Assembly (NCBI GenBank): GCA_012735505.1
Contig: JAAYHE010000025.1
Location: 10,414 to 74,413, forward strand
Source: Bacillota bacterium
GTDB taxonomy: Bacteria; Bacillota; UBA994; UBA5500
Length of the DNA: 64,000 nt
Reading direction: 5' to 3'
Within the stretch, counting starts at the first letter, position 1; the number at the start of each line of letters is the position of its first letter. The notes below the pieces were generated by a model. It was not told where the DNA came from. It did no database searches and saw nothing but the letters and a program-made list of their open reading frames with translations. The position numbers and the translations under genes were made by a program. Below, piece by piece: positions 48,189 to 57,192 of the stretch.

Positions 48189-48717
48189 TCGATTGCACCT
48201 CCTTTCGTTGAGTTACAAAGTGCCAGTATACAGCCTGCGCGTGTAACTGTTACACTCTGTTAATAAAGGAATTCGACGAAGGGTGACATTCTCCTGCTGA
48301 CAATGTGTCCAAATGAAACTTTCTTTTTCATCGTCACCTCCGGCTGTTGCGCTGTTGACACCAGAGCGCATACTCTAGTCAACTCGCACAATGTGCAATT
48401 TTCAAATTAGCACAAAGAGGACTGTTTCGTGCTAGCTTTAGTTTACATAAAACACAATGTGCTGACAATGGAAATGTTATCCCCCTATTGCTGTTAACCC
48501 ATTCCAAGAAGGACAAAAAGCTGCACACACTAAAGATCATCAAAAAGGCCCAATACACATTTGCACAAGCGTGCTTTCCCTCACACTAAAAGTGCATTTT
48601 CAATACCTCTAGTATGAACAGCTTTTAATTTATGAAGTTTTAAAAGCAACCGGGGGAAGCAGGATTTCTTCCCAGAAAACAGAATAGCACCCAAGAGCAT
48701 GTCAAAGGAGGTTTACA

Positions 48718-50034
48718 ATGACCAAACAAGAGCTAAAAGCTAAAGTCTTACAAGCTATTGACCGACGCCGCGATGAAATCATCGCCTTGGGGGAGCAAAT
48801 CAGACTTAATCCCGAACTAGGTTATAAAGAACACAAGACGGCAGCTTTGGTGGAAAAAACCTATGAAGCGCTCGGGCTAAAACACACCCGCGGCCTAGCT
48901 ATCACCGGTTCTAAGGCAGAAATACCCGGGGCAGAACAGCGGGTAAGAATAGCTGTCATGGGGGAGCTAGACGCTGTTGTCTGTCCCGAACATCCCGACG
49001 CCGACCCAGAAACAGGTGCTGCCCACTCCTGTGGCCATAATGCCCAAGTAGCAGCCATGCTAGGTGTAGGAATGGGCCTAATAGATGCCAACGTCATGCC
49101 TCATTTGGCCGGCGATGTAGTCTTGATGGCTGTTCCGGCAGAGGAGCCCGTGGAAATTGAATGGCGCCAGCGCATGCGGGAAATGGGTAAGATTAGCTTT
49201 CTCGGAGGCAAGCAAGAGCTGATCAAGTTAGGCGCCCTTGACGATATCGACATGACCATTATGTTTCATAGCACTAGTACAGCACCTGGTCGCCATGCTG
49301 TTGTCGGCGGCACAGCTAACGGTTTCATAGCCAAGTTTATCCGCTACCGCGGCAAAGAAGCTCATGCCGGGGGCGCGCCCCACTTAGGTATTAATGCTCT
49401 TAATGCTGCTATTCTCGGTTTACAGGGAATTCACGCCAACCGAGAGACGTTTAAGGACGAAGACACCATTCGCATCCACCCTATCATTACCAAAGGGGGC
49501 GACTTGGTTAACATCATTCCAGCAGACGTACGCATGGAAACCTATGTGCGGGGTAGGACCATGCCTGCAATCCTGGATGCCAGCCGCAAGGTCAATCGCG
49601 CCTTACGTGCAGGTGCGCTAGCTGTAGGCGCCGAAGTCGACATTATTGAAATTCCTGGTTTCTTGCCACGCGTTAATAACCCCGACATGAGTGAAATTTT
49701 CCGCAAGAATGTTGCCGAACTTGTTGGCGCAGAGAACGTTGCCACCGGCGGACATGGGACCGGTTCTAGCGACATCGGCGACGTAATGCATATCATGCCG
49801 GCTATCCATCCGTATGTTGGCGGTGCGGCCGGGGCTGGCCATACCAAGGACTATACTGTGGCTGATCCTGAGCTTTTCTACATTGTGCCAGCTAAGGCTA
49901 TGGCCATGACCATCATCGACCTACTGGCCGATGGTGCGGAAGAAGCCTTGAACATCAAGCGCAACTATCCGCCACTATTGACCAAAGAAGAATATCTGCG
50001 TCAATGGGAGGAATTCTGCAGCGCAGAGGCCTAA
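48718..50034 (+). CDS. M20-family amidohydrolase/peptidase (AbgB-like)
   Basis: 438 aa with AHSCGHNAQ and MGELDA metal-ligand motifs and a GKEAHAGGAPH.GINAL dimerisation-domain motif. RBS AAAGGAGG. Confidence 0.8.
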   Translation: MTKQELKAKVLQAIDRRRDEIIALGEQIRLNPELGYKEHKTAALVEKTYEALGLKHTRGLAITGSKAEIPGAEQRVRIAVMGELDAVVCPEHPDADPETGAAHSCGHNAQVAAMLGVGMGLIDANVMPHLAGDVVLMAVPAEEPVEIEWRQRMREMGKISFLGGKQELIKLGALDDIDMTIMFHSTSTAPGRHAVVGGTANGFIAKFIRYRGKEAHAGGAPHLGINALNAAILGLQGIHANRETFKDEDTIRIHPIITKGGDLVNIIPADVRMETYVRGRTMPAILDASRKVNRALRAGALAVGAEVDIIEIPGFLPRVNNPDMSEIFRKNVAELVGAENVATGGHGTGSSDIGDVMHIMPAIHPYVGGAAGAGHTKDYTVADPELFYIVPAKAMAMTIIDLLADGAEEALNIKRNYPPLLTKEEYLRQWEEFCSAEA

Positions 50035-50065
50035 AGGCATGAAATTACTCTTTCCGCTTACACAT

Positions 50066-50099
50066 AAGGGGCTGCTCCGAGTCAACGGAGCAACCCCTT
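50066..50099. terminator. Shared hairpin between the convergent M20 and murA genes
   Basis: 14-bp stem AAGGGGCTGCTCCG-N6-CGGAGCAACCCCTT with one mismatch. The U-tracts are weak on both strands. Confidence 0.5.
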
Positions 50100-50159
50100 A
50101 TATCGGTCTTTCACAGATCAATCTAAGATGTTCTGGGAGCAAACCGCTCCCAAGCGCCT

Positions 50160-51416
50160 TTATGGCAAGCGCTCTATTTGTGCCCCCAAGGAGCGAAACT
50201 TTTCATCTAAGCGTTCATAGCCCCGATCTGCATGCTCAAAGCCGGTGACAATGCTTTCGCCTCTAGCGGCCATAGCAGCTATTAACAAAGCAGCACTGGC
50301 ACGTAAATCGGTGCCATGCACTTCCGCCCCGGTTAAATAGGGCACACCTTGAATAATGGCAGTGCGTCCATCAATGCGCACCTGCGCCCCCATGCGCACG
50401 AGCTGGTTTAGATGTTCAAAGCGCTCGTCCCAAATAGTTTCAGTCACCATACTGATGCCGTCAGCTGTAGTTAAAAGAGCGCTCATAGGGGCTTGGAAAT
50501 CAGTAAAGAAACCTGGTAAGGGCAAAGTTTTCACATTCACTGCGGACACACGTCTATCACAACGCACACGAATTTTATCTTCACACTGGTCTATGGTAAC
50601 GCCTGCTTCTTGTAGTTTAGCGATAATGGATTCTAAATGGTCGGGGATAGTATTAAGTAGGGTGACATCGCCCCTAGTCATGGCAGCGGCTACCATCAGC
50701 GTAGCTGCTTCACTCTGGTCGGAAATGATGGCATGCCGACAACCGTGCAACTTAGGTACGCCTTGGATACGAATAGTTTCAGTCCCCGCGCCCAATACAC
50801 GAGCTCCCATAGCATTAAGAAAGTTGGCCAGGTCTACAATAAAAGGTCCTCGATAGGCGTTAGAAATTATGGTGGTTCCTTCCTTTAAAACCGAAGCCAA
50901 CATCAAGTTAATGGTGGCACCGACGGTCAAAACATCTAGGTATATCGAGTGATTACCCGCAAGCCTATCGGCTTGCACTTTAACTAAGCCGTGCTCAATG
51001 CTAGCTTCTGCGCCCAGAGCACGAAAGCCTTTAAGGTGCTGATCTATTGGCCTAGGACCAATGTCGTCTCCTCCCGGCAGGGCAACTTCGGCTTTACCGA
51101 AGCGAGCTAAGAGAACTCCTAATAAGTAATAGGATGCCCGCATACGCTTCACTAGCAGTTGGTCAGCGACCCAACTGTTTAAGCCAGATGGATCGATAGT
51201 CATCCAGCCCTGCCGTGTATATTCTACCTTCGCGCCCAACTGACGGAGAATCTCGGCAAAGACTGCCACGTCGCTAATATCTGGCACGTTTTCAATAGTA
51301 CTTGGGGTGTCTGCCAGTAAGGCTGCCGGAATTATAGATAAGGCAGAGTATTTTGAGCCTCCAACCGAAACTGTTCCGGTTAAGCGCGTCTGACCTCTTA
51401 CGCGCAAACAAGTCAT
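50160..51416 (-). CDS. murA: UDP-N-acetylglucosamine 1-carboxyvinyltransferase MurA (Asp at the position of the catalytic/fosfomycin-target Cys)
   Basis: 418 aa with ..RGQTRLTGTVSVGGSKYSAL..IPAALLA.., LPGGDDIGPRPIDQHLKG and a typical MurA length and C-terminus. Confidence 0.9.
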   Translation of the reverse strand: MTCLRVRGQTRLTGTVSVGGSKYSALSIIPAALLADTPSTIENVPDISDVAVFAEILRQLGAKVEYTRQGWMTIDPSGLNSWVADQLLVKRMRASYYLLGVLLARFGKAEVALPGGDDIGPRPIDQHLKGFRALGAEASIEHGLVKVQADRLAGNHSIYLDVLTVGATINLMLASVLKEGTTIISNAYRGPFIVDLANFLNAMGARVLGAGTETIRIQGVPKLHGCRHAIISDQSEAATLMVAAAMTRGDVTLLNTIPDHLESIIAKLQEAGVTIDQCEDKIRVRCDRRVSAVNVKTLPLPGFFTDFQAPMSALLTTADGISMVTETIWDERFEHLNQLVRMGAQVRIDGRTAIIQGVPYLTGAEVHGTDLRASAALLIAAMAARGESIVTGFEHADRGYERLDEKFRSLGAQIERLP

Positions 51417-51632
51417 GGCATTCGCTCCTTAAAAAGATGCAGTGATTTTGTCCTCATTATCCTTTACCGAGGGCTTAAAGTCAACTAGGCAGCCACGCAA
51501 TTCCAGTACAAGCAACAATTGTGCAAATATTGCTGGCGGGGCTATTCCCCTATTCGACCTGCCGCAAGAGATTCAGCCCATGTCACAGGACAAACTAATA
51601 ATCAACCAGAAACAGATGAATGGGGTGTCAAC

Positions 51633-52901
51633 ATGCAAACTAGTCCTGCTATTATAGCTACAACCATCTTCCTCATTACCTACTTCTTCTTGATTACGAG
51701 GCTAGCCCGCCCCGTTTTCGCCACCAGTGCAGCGGCTATTGTTTTACTATTGACGGGAACTTTAACTATCCAAGAAGCCCTAGCTGCTATCAATTTTAAT
51801 GTCTTAGGCATAGTTGGCGGTATGATGATCCTAGCAGAGCTTTTTATTGCCTCGCGTGCACCTGAATATTTTGCCTCATTGCTCGTAGGGCGGGTGCGAA
51901 CGGCAGGCGTAGCTTTGGTAGTTGTCAGCGCTTTTGCGGGTGTCATCTCAGCCTTCGTGGATAATGTAGCCACAGTACTCATTGTCGCCCCGATTGCCTT
52001 CGATATTGCTAAACGCTTACATACATCACCGGCGCCCTTTCTCATCGGTATTGCCATATCGTCTAACTTACAAGGCACAGCAACCCTGATTGGTGATGCT
52101 ACCAGCGTAATGCTAGCAACCGCAGCCAACCTCAACTTCTTAGACTTTTTCTGGTTAGAAGGCCGACCCGGCATATTCTTTGTCGTTGAAATAGGTGCTG
52201 TAGCAGCAACCTTGATCTTATGGTTTATGTTTCGCCATCTCAAGCAGGAAATCAACTTTGAACAGACTAACCGCGTGCTGACATGGGTACCTACTGCCCT
52301 ACTAGGCGGCGTCATTGCTACATTAGCCCTAAGTTCTTTTATTCCCAATCGACCTGACAATCTGCTCGGACTGATCACTATAGGTTTTGGGTTGCTCGGT
52401 ATCCTCTGGAACACACTCTGGGGCCATCTTGATTTTAGCTGGCAAGATCTCGACTGGGAAACACTAATGTTCTTGACTGGTGTGTTTATCTTGGTGGGTA
52501 GCCTATCTGCAACGGGAGTAGTCAGCAGTATCGCTAGTTGGATCAGCCAGCTAACTGGCGGCAGTATATTGATTACCTTTCTAGTGCTAGTCTGGATGTC
52601 AGTACTCGTTTCAGCTTTTGTCGATAATATACCCTACACCCTTGCCATGCTGCCCGTGGCACAACAAGTAGCCGCCAGTGTAGGCACTTCTCCTTACCTT
52701 TTAATGTTTGGCCTGATGATAGGAACCACACTAGGAGGTAATATTACCCCCATAGGAGCCTCTGCCAACGTGGTAGCCGTGGGACTGCTACGCAAACAGG
52801 GAGTAGACGTTTCTTTTGGAGAATTTGTGCGCATCGGCCTACCCTTTACCCTTACTGCCGTGTTAACGGCCTCTATCTTATTGTGGCTATTCTGGGCGTA
52901 G
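51633..52901 (+). CDS. ArsB/NhaD-superfamily (citrate-transporter-like) permease
   Basis: About 422 aa with 10-12 TM helices and repeated FVDN(V/I) motifs (SAFVDNVATVLIVAPI; SAFVDNIPYTLAMLPV). I prefer ATG 51633 because the ORF-track N-terminal 38 residues are non-membrane junk. Confidence 0.75.
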   Translation: MQTSPAIIATTIFLITYFFLITRLARPVFATSAAAIVLLLTGTLTIQEALAAINFNVLGIVGGMMILAELFIASRAPEYFASLLVGRVRTAGVALVVVSAFAGVISAFVDNVATVLIVAPIAFDIAKRLHTSPAPFLIGIAISSNLQGTATLIGDATSVMLATAANLNFLDFFWLEGRPGIFFVVEIGAVAATLILWFMFRHLKQEINFEQTNRVLTWVPTALLGGVIATLALSSFIPNRPDNLLGLITIGFGLLGILWNTLWGHLDFSWQDLDWETLMFLTGVFILVGSLSATGVVSSIASWISQLTGGSILITFLVLVWMSVLVSAFVDNIPYTLAMLPVAQQVAASVGTSPYLLMFGLMIGTTLGGNITPIGASANVVAVGLLRKQGVDVSFGEFVRIGLPFTLTAVLTASILLWLFWA

Positions 52902-52917
52902 GTAAAAGACCAAGAAA

Positions 52918-52955
52918 ATAGAGGCAAGGGATTCTGGAACCTCCCTTGCCTCTAT
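52918..52955. terminator. Bidirectional terminator between the permease and the NYN gene
   Basis: Perfect 14-bp hairpin ATAGAGGCAAGGGA-N10-TCCCTTGCCTCTAT, with TTTTCTTGG following on the minus strand. Confidence 0.75.
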
Positions 52956-52960
52956 TACTA

Positions 52961-53806
52961 TTATACGGTTTGTTTTTCTAGTGGAGATATTTTGTTAAGT
53001 ACTTTTTGCACCAACTCGTGCTTAGGATTAAGCTTGACTGCTGTCGTCGGGAACTCGGGCTTATACGGATTAGGAACTGTATAGGTGACTACTATTTCTT
53101 CTGCAATAGCTTGGTTAATCAAAGCTTGCGGATCACCAATACCAGTAAGCAAACGATTAATAAGCATTTTCAACCCTACAAACGGTAAACTTCCCGACTC
53201 GAGTGCTTCCAACCTTTGAATCAGCATCTCCATTTCACTTTGTCTATCGCCTGGTGTCGGCAATAAGCGGCTAGGGGTAATGCCTAAAAGGGTTTCTACT
53301 TCTGTGTAGCTGTCGGCAAACATCACTAGATCACTGCTCGTAGTGCGCGCTACCCCGATAACGTTTACGCGTTTATTGCGAGTATGAAGCTTTCGGATCA
53401 ATTGAATTAGGTCACGATCGCCACAAACAAGGACATACGTGTCAATGTCTTCTCTCGTGTACATCAACTCCAAAGCATCTAGGGATAGTTCTATGTCGGC
53501 AGCGTTTTTCCGAACACCTTCGGGAAAGGATTTGGAAAACACATGCCGGGGCTCTACACTACGTCGCTGCAAATCGGTTTGCAAACCTTTGAACTCTGGT
53601 TGGTCAAAATCAGCATAAGCGAGCATGAGGACGACTTGACCTTCTTTCTGGGCCTCCTGCTTAATCAGTTCTATAAGGCGGCCCGGTTGAGGCACTAGCA
53701 TATAGTTGTTCTTCATACTCCAGTAAACATTCTCGTAGTCGATAAGTACAGCAACATTTTTCTCCACGAGGCGAGCTTCAACTCCTTTCTCTGTCAGCTC
53801 TACCAT
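52961..53806 (-). CDS. NYN-domain (LabA/DUF88-like) protein with a C-terminal helical domain
   Basis: Contains VAVLIDYENV..., NAADIELSLDAL and YVLVCGDRDLIQLIRKL...V.VIG, the NYN/LabA acidic motifs. Confidence 0.75.
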   Translation of the reverse strand: MVELTEKGVEARLVEKNVAVLIDYENVYWSMKNNYMLVPQPGRLIELIKQEAQKEGQVVLMLAYADFDQPEFKGLQTDLQRRSVEPRHVFSKSFPEGVRKNAADIELSLDALELMYTREDIDTYVLVCGDRDLIQLIRKLHTRNKRVNVIGVARTTSSDLVMFADSYTEVETLLGITPSRLLPTPGDRQSEMEMLIQRLEALESGSLPFVGLKMLINRLLTGIGDPQALINQAIAEEIVVTYTVPNPYKPEFPTTAVKLNPKHELVQKVLNKISPLEKQTV

Positions 53807-53973
53807 TAGCCTGCCCAGTTTACCCCGCCTCTATGTTGCCAAGCCCACACTCCACCAACCAATCTATAAAGAAAATTCCTTCACAACTAATAAAGGTGTT
53901 TGCTGCCTCGATGTTAAATATAAGGCTAGAATGTGTCTTCACTAAGCTTCATTATAAGGAGGCAATTATGTGA

Positions 53974-55206
53974 ATGAACCGGCTGGATCTTTGGGCTAAA
54001 AAGTATCGTTTGTCCCCTAAACTAGTATTGATAGCAACACTGTCTGGGCTAATTGCACTTCTATTTTTGCTATTCATTTTTCCCTCTTGCCTTAACCAGA
54101 TGGAGAGAATCGCTATAGAAAACAACCTTGAGAACCTAGGAAGTTTTCTCTTAGGCCACGCAGCAGCAGACGAAGGGCCATTACCTCTATCAGAAACCCT
54201 AGCCCAACTCATAGAACAAGCCGATTCGACTCTTAGTGGGATATCCATTAGAATTTTGCCTCGAAACGAAGCTTCCAAGGAGCAAGAAGTCGATATGACC
54301 CGGCGCGGGGATGTCTACTACACCAAATTCTTCACTGATGAATTAGGAAACGAATACGAGCTAGTGTTAGCTGCTAAGCCCAATTATCACCTACCAGCTG
54401 GCTATCGTGTCTGGCGCCTGCTGATAATCGGTATATATTTACTCGGCGTCTGGTACATCCTCTTCCGACGGGTTGACCTGCCAAAAACACAAACAGTTCC
54501 AGCAACAACAGCAGAGCCTGCGAAACATTCTCTAGAACGGCAAGCCCTCATTAGTGGCATAGCAGCCGGAACCATCCATGAAATTCGCAGCCCCCTCACA
54601 GCTGCCCGCGGTTTTGTGCAACTGCTGGCCACCCTCATGCCAGAGAACGAGTTGACGCATAAATATAGTGAATATGCTCTATTAGAGATGGACCGCATCG
54701 AACAATTGTTGCAAGAATATATGCTTTTGTCCGAGGCAGTCGTCCCCGAATCTGTGCCCCTCAATTTACTCGACATAGCCCACAACTCATATTTGCTAAT
54801 GGAAGGCGTAATGAGCCAAAAGCAAATACGTTTCCAGTTTGAAGGCAAACAACCAGCCTGCATCTTGGGCGACGCCTTGTATTTACAGCATGCTTTACAA
54901 CACCTGCTTTACAATGCCGCCGAAGCTACCCCACCCAATGGCTATGTTAGGGTCACGGTTGATACTACCGAGACCACTGTCATCTTAACTATTAGCGACA
55001 CCGGGACAGGCATTGAACCAGAGGTACTGGAACACTGTTTCGACCCCTTCTACAGCACCAAACCCTCGGGCATTGGTTTGGGTCTCGCTATTTGCCAACG
55101 CATTGTGACCCATATGCAAGGAACCATCGACATCACGAGCCAAGTAGGACAGGGCACCACCGTACGCATGATCTTCCCGCGCGTCGCCAATTGCTCGCAA
55201 GAATAG
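53974..55206 (+). CDS. Orphan sensor histidine kinase (two TM helices, HisKA, HATPase_c)
   Basis: H-box GTIHEIRSPLTAARG, N-box LLYNAAEAT, G-boxes DTGTGI and GIGLGLAICQ. No adjacent response regulator. Confidence 0.85.
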   Translation: MNRLDLWAKKYRLSPKLVLIATLSGLIALLFLLFIFPSCLNQMERIAIENNLENLGSFLLGHAAADEGPLPLSETLAQLIEQADSTLSGISIRILPRNEASKEQEVDMTRRGDVYYTKFFTDELGNEYELVLAAKPNYHLPAGYRVWRLLIIGIYLLGVWYILFRRVDLPKTQTVPATTAEPAKHSLERQALISGIAAGTIHEIRSPLTAARGFVQLLATLMPENELTHKYSEYALLEMDRIEQLLQEYMLLSEAVVPESVPLNLLDIAHNSYLLMEGVMSQKQIRFQFEGKQPACILGDALYLQHALQHLLYNAAEATPPNGYVRVTVDTTETTVILTISDTGTGIEPEVLEHCFDPFYSTKPSGIGLGLAICQRIVTHMQGTIDITSQVGQGTTVRMIFPRVANCSQE

Positions 55207-55218
55207 CCGTATAACACT

Positions 55219-55244
55219 AAAGAGGCACCGGACAGTGCCTCTTT
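55219..55244. terminator. Bidirectional terminator between the kinase and the methyltransferase gene
   Basis: 10-bp hairpin AAAGAGGCAC-N6-GTGCCTCTTT flanked by A- and T-rich tracts. Confidence 0.7.
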
Positions 55245-55247
55245 ACC

Positions 55248-56267
55248 TTATTCGCTTATTCTAACCAAGTGTAAGGTTATTTCCTTCCGATTGTGAAAGA
55301 GATGCTGGGCATGCTGCACCCGCAACTTGGGGTCGAGGCTAGCCATGACGCGGCGAACGGTGGGCAGAGGCTTACGCCCCATCAACTTTACTGTCAAGAT
55401 GACTTGCCCACCAGGACGCAGATACTCGACCAGCCGATTGATCATACTTACCGTAAAAAATGGATCCCAGCTTATATCACTCGTAATCACATCAAACTGT
55501 GTTCCTGCCGGGAAGCGCAGATCTTTTACATTGGCCCGACGGAAAACTAAACCTGCTTTTCCTCGCAGACGAGGATCTAGTTCACCGGTGTCTACAGCCA
55601 ACACGCGCAAGCCTCGAGCTAGCAATTCTTGCGTCCAGCCGCCAGGTGCTGCCCCCAAATCTAGGGCGTGCCCGCCAGTTGGAAAGTCAAGCTGAAAGCG
55701 GACGATCGCTTCCAGCAGTTTGTATTTAGCCCGGGAAACGTCGCCAGGTTCTTTGCGGAAGTGGATCATGCCCCCGGCCCAGTCGGAAAGGTTATCTCGC
55801 GCTAAGGCTAGGCCATAATAAACCATTGGACCTGCCTGTGTAACAGAAATTACCCATTCTGGTCCTTTTATTTGGGGTTGGTAGCCATGGGCTAACAAGA
55901 GCTCGTCACACATCTCTTTCAGCTGGCGGGGCTGCCAGGCAATGGCTTTGTCGATGACCCGCCCCTGGGTGGCTACTTTCGCTCCAGGCGGGACTCGAGG
56001 CAAATCCGCCAAAAGACGCTCCCTCACACTCTGGATTATTTCTTCCTCCGTGTGCACAGGCCATCTTGCTGCCGCATGCATATGATGCACAAAAATTGGT
56101 GGCCGCATCAATAGCTGCTTTTGGGCATATGCAGGATCTGTTTCAGTTGGCAGCCAAAACACACTATCTCCTAGATTCTCAAGTTTGCTTGCAGGAAAAA
56201 CTTCTAGGACCTCTTGTTTGGCAGCTTCTAGAAACTCAGCGCTGGCCGTCAACACTATCCCTTGCAT
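55248..56267 (-). CDS. SAM-dependent RNA methyltransferase, RlmM/FtsJ-like with a THUMP-like N-domain
   Basis: Contains SRAKYKLLEA and ALDLGAAPGGWTQ (FtsJ/RlmM SAM motif). I prefer ATG 56267 behind GGGAGGTG. Confidence 0.7.
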   Translation of the reverse strand: MQGIVLTASAEFLEAAKQEVLEVFPASKLENLGDSVFWLPTETDPAYAQKQLLMRPPIFVHHMHAAARWPVHTEEEIIQSVRERLLADLPRVPPGAKVATQGRVIDKAIAWQPRQLKEMCDELLLAHGYQPQIKGPEWVISVTQAGPMVYYGLALARDNLSDWAGGMIHFRKEPGDVSRAKYKLLEAIVRFQLDFPTGGHALDLGAAPGGWTQELLARGLRVLAVDTGELDPRLRGKAGLVFRRANVKDLRFPAGTQFDVITSDISWDPFFTVSMINRLVEYLRPGGQVILTVKLMGRKPLPTVRRVMASLDPKLRVQHAQHLFHNRKEITLHLVRISE

Positions 56268-56394
56268 ACGGCACCTCCCATAACTTGCTGGTCTTATCTT
56301 AGCTGTTGGCAAAGGTGCCAGTCAAATATTTCATATATCCTCAGAGATATTAAGCATCCAAGGAGTTAGAGGGGCCGCAAAAACAGCATAAATT

Positions 56395-57111
56395 TTAGCG
56401 ACGACGCAATTCCACTTGGCGCTTTTTGTCATCCCAGATCACTATCAAACCAAGAGCTTCGGCCAAGGCTCGCACGGGCGCAAAGGTCACGCTATTGATC
56501 AAACGCCCAGGAACGGGCAACAGTTCTCCGTCTAAGCTGATAGGAACCAAATCAGAGATTTGAGGGCCAATATAGGCACGAATACCGTTGGCGATAGCTT
56601 CGGCCAAAAGCTGACGAAATGCAGGTGTTTTCAGCAAGGCTTCTTCGGTGGGGTTTGTGTGGAAAGCGCATTCTACTAAGACTGATGGCATCTTAGCCTC
56701 GCGGATTACGTGGTAATAGTCGCGGCCATCTGCCAATTGCCGCGTACGCACACCCCGACTAGGACGACCAGCCTGACGCAATGCCTGCTCGATAGCCTCG
56801 CCTAAGCGACGGCTTTCACTATCATGCGCCGAGCAAAAGACGGTGCAACCATGAGCCGTTGGAGTGGTGGCGGCATCGGTGTGAATACTCACGAAAAGAT
56901 CGGCCTTTTGCTTGGCAGCAAAATCTGTTCTCGCTGCTAGGGAAAGGTAAGTGTCTTTTTCCCTCGTCATAACCACTTCGATACCTACCGCCTGCAATAC
57001 GGCGCGTGTCCGCAGGGCAATATCGAGCACACCGTCAGCTTCCACATAGCCAGTCGGGCCACGATTGGCTCGATCGATTCCCCCGTGGCCGGGGTCTAAA
57101 CAAACGCGCAA
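56395..57111 (-). CDS. N-acetylmuramoyl-L-alanine amidase (Amidase_3) with a C-terminal copper-amine-oxidase-N-like stalk domain
   Basis: Contains CLDPGHGG, ADLFVSIHTDA and VLVECAFHTN. The C-terminus (FAPVRALAEALGLIVIWDDKKRQVEL) resembles the Cu_amine_oxidN1 repeat common in Clostridia. TTG start behind AAGGGGG. Confidence 0.82.
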   Translation of the reverse strand: MRVCLDPGHGGIDRANRGPTGYVEADGVLDIALRTRAVLQAVGIEVVMTREKDTYLSLAARTDFAAKQKADLFVSIHTDAATTPTAHGCTVFCSAHDSESRRLGEAIEQALRQAGRPSRGVRTRQLADGRDYYHVIREAKMPSVLVECAFHTNPTEEALLKTPAFRQLLAEAIANGIRAYIGPQISDLVPISLDGELLPVPGRLINSVTFAPVRALAEALGLIVIWDDKKRQVELRRR

Positions 57112-57192
57112 CTAAAACGACCCCCTTTCTAGATGGTTCAAAAACAAGGCACTATCGGTAGCGGTCAAGCTCTAAGCGCCGCACCTGTTGCA

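Noticed and set aside
48397-48411. CodY box (AATTTTCWGAAAATT) at AATTTTCAAATTAGC
   Set aside because: Only about 10 of 15 positions match, and the right half is not conserved.
51680-52414. 244-aa minus-strand ORF antisense to the ArsB/NhaD permease, and the similar 54402-54863 ORF antisense to the kinase
   Set aside because: They are fully contained in better-supported plus-strand genes with clear family motifs. Their composition is biased and they have no RBS.
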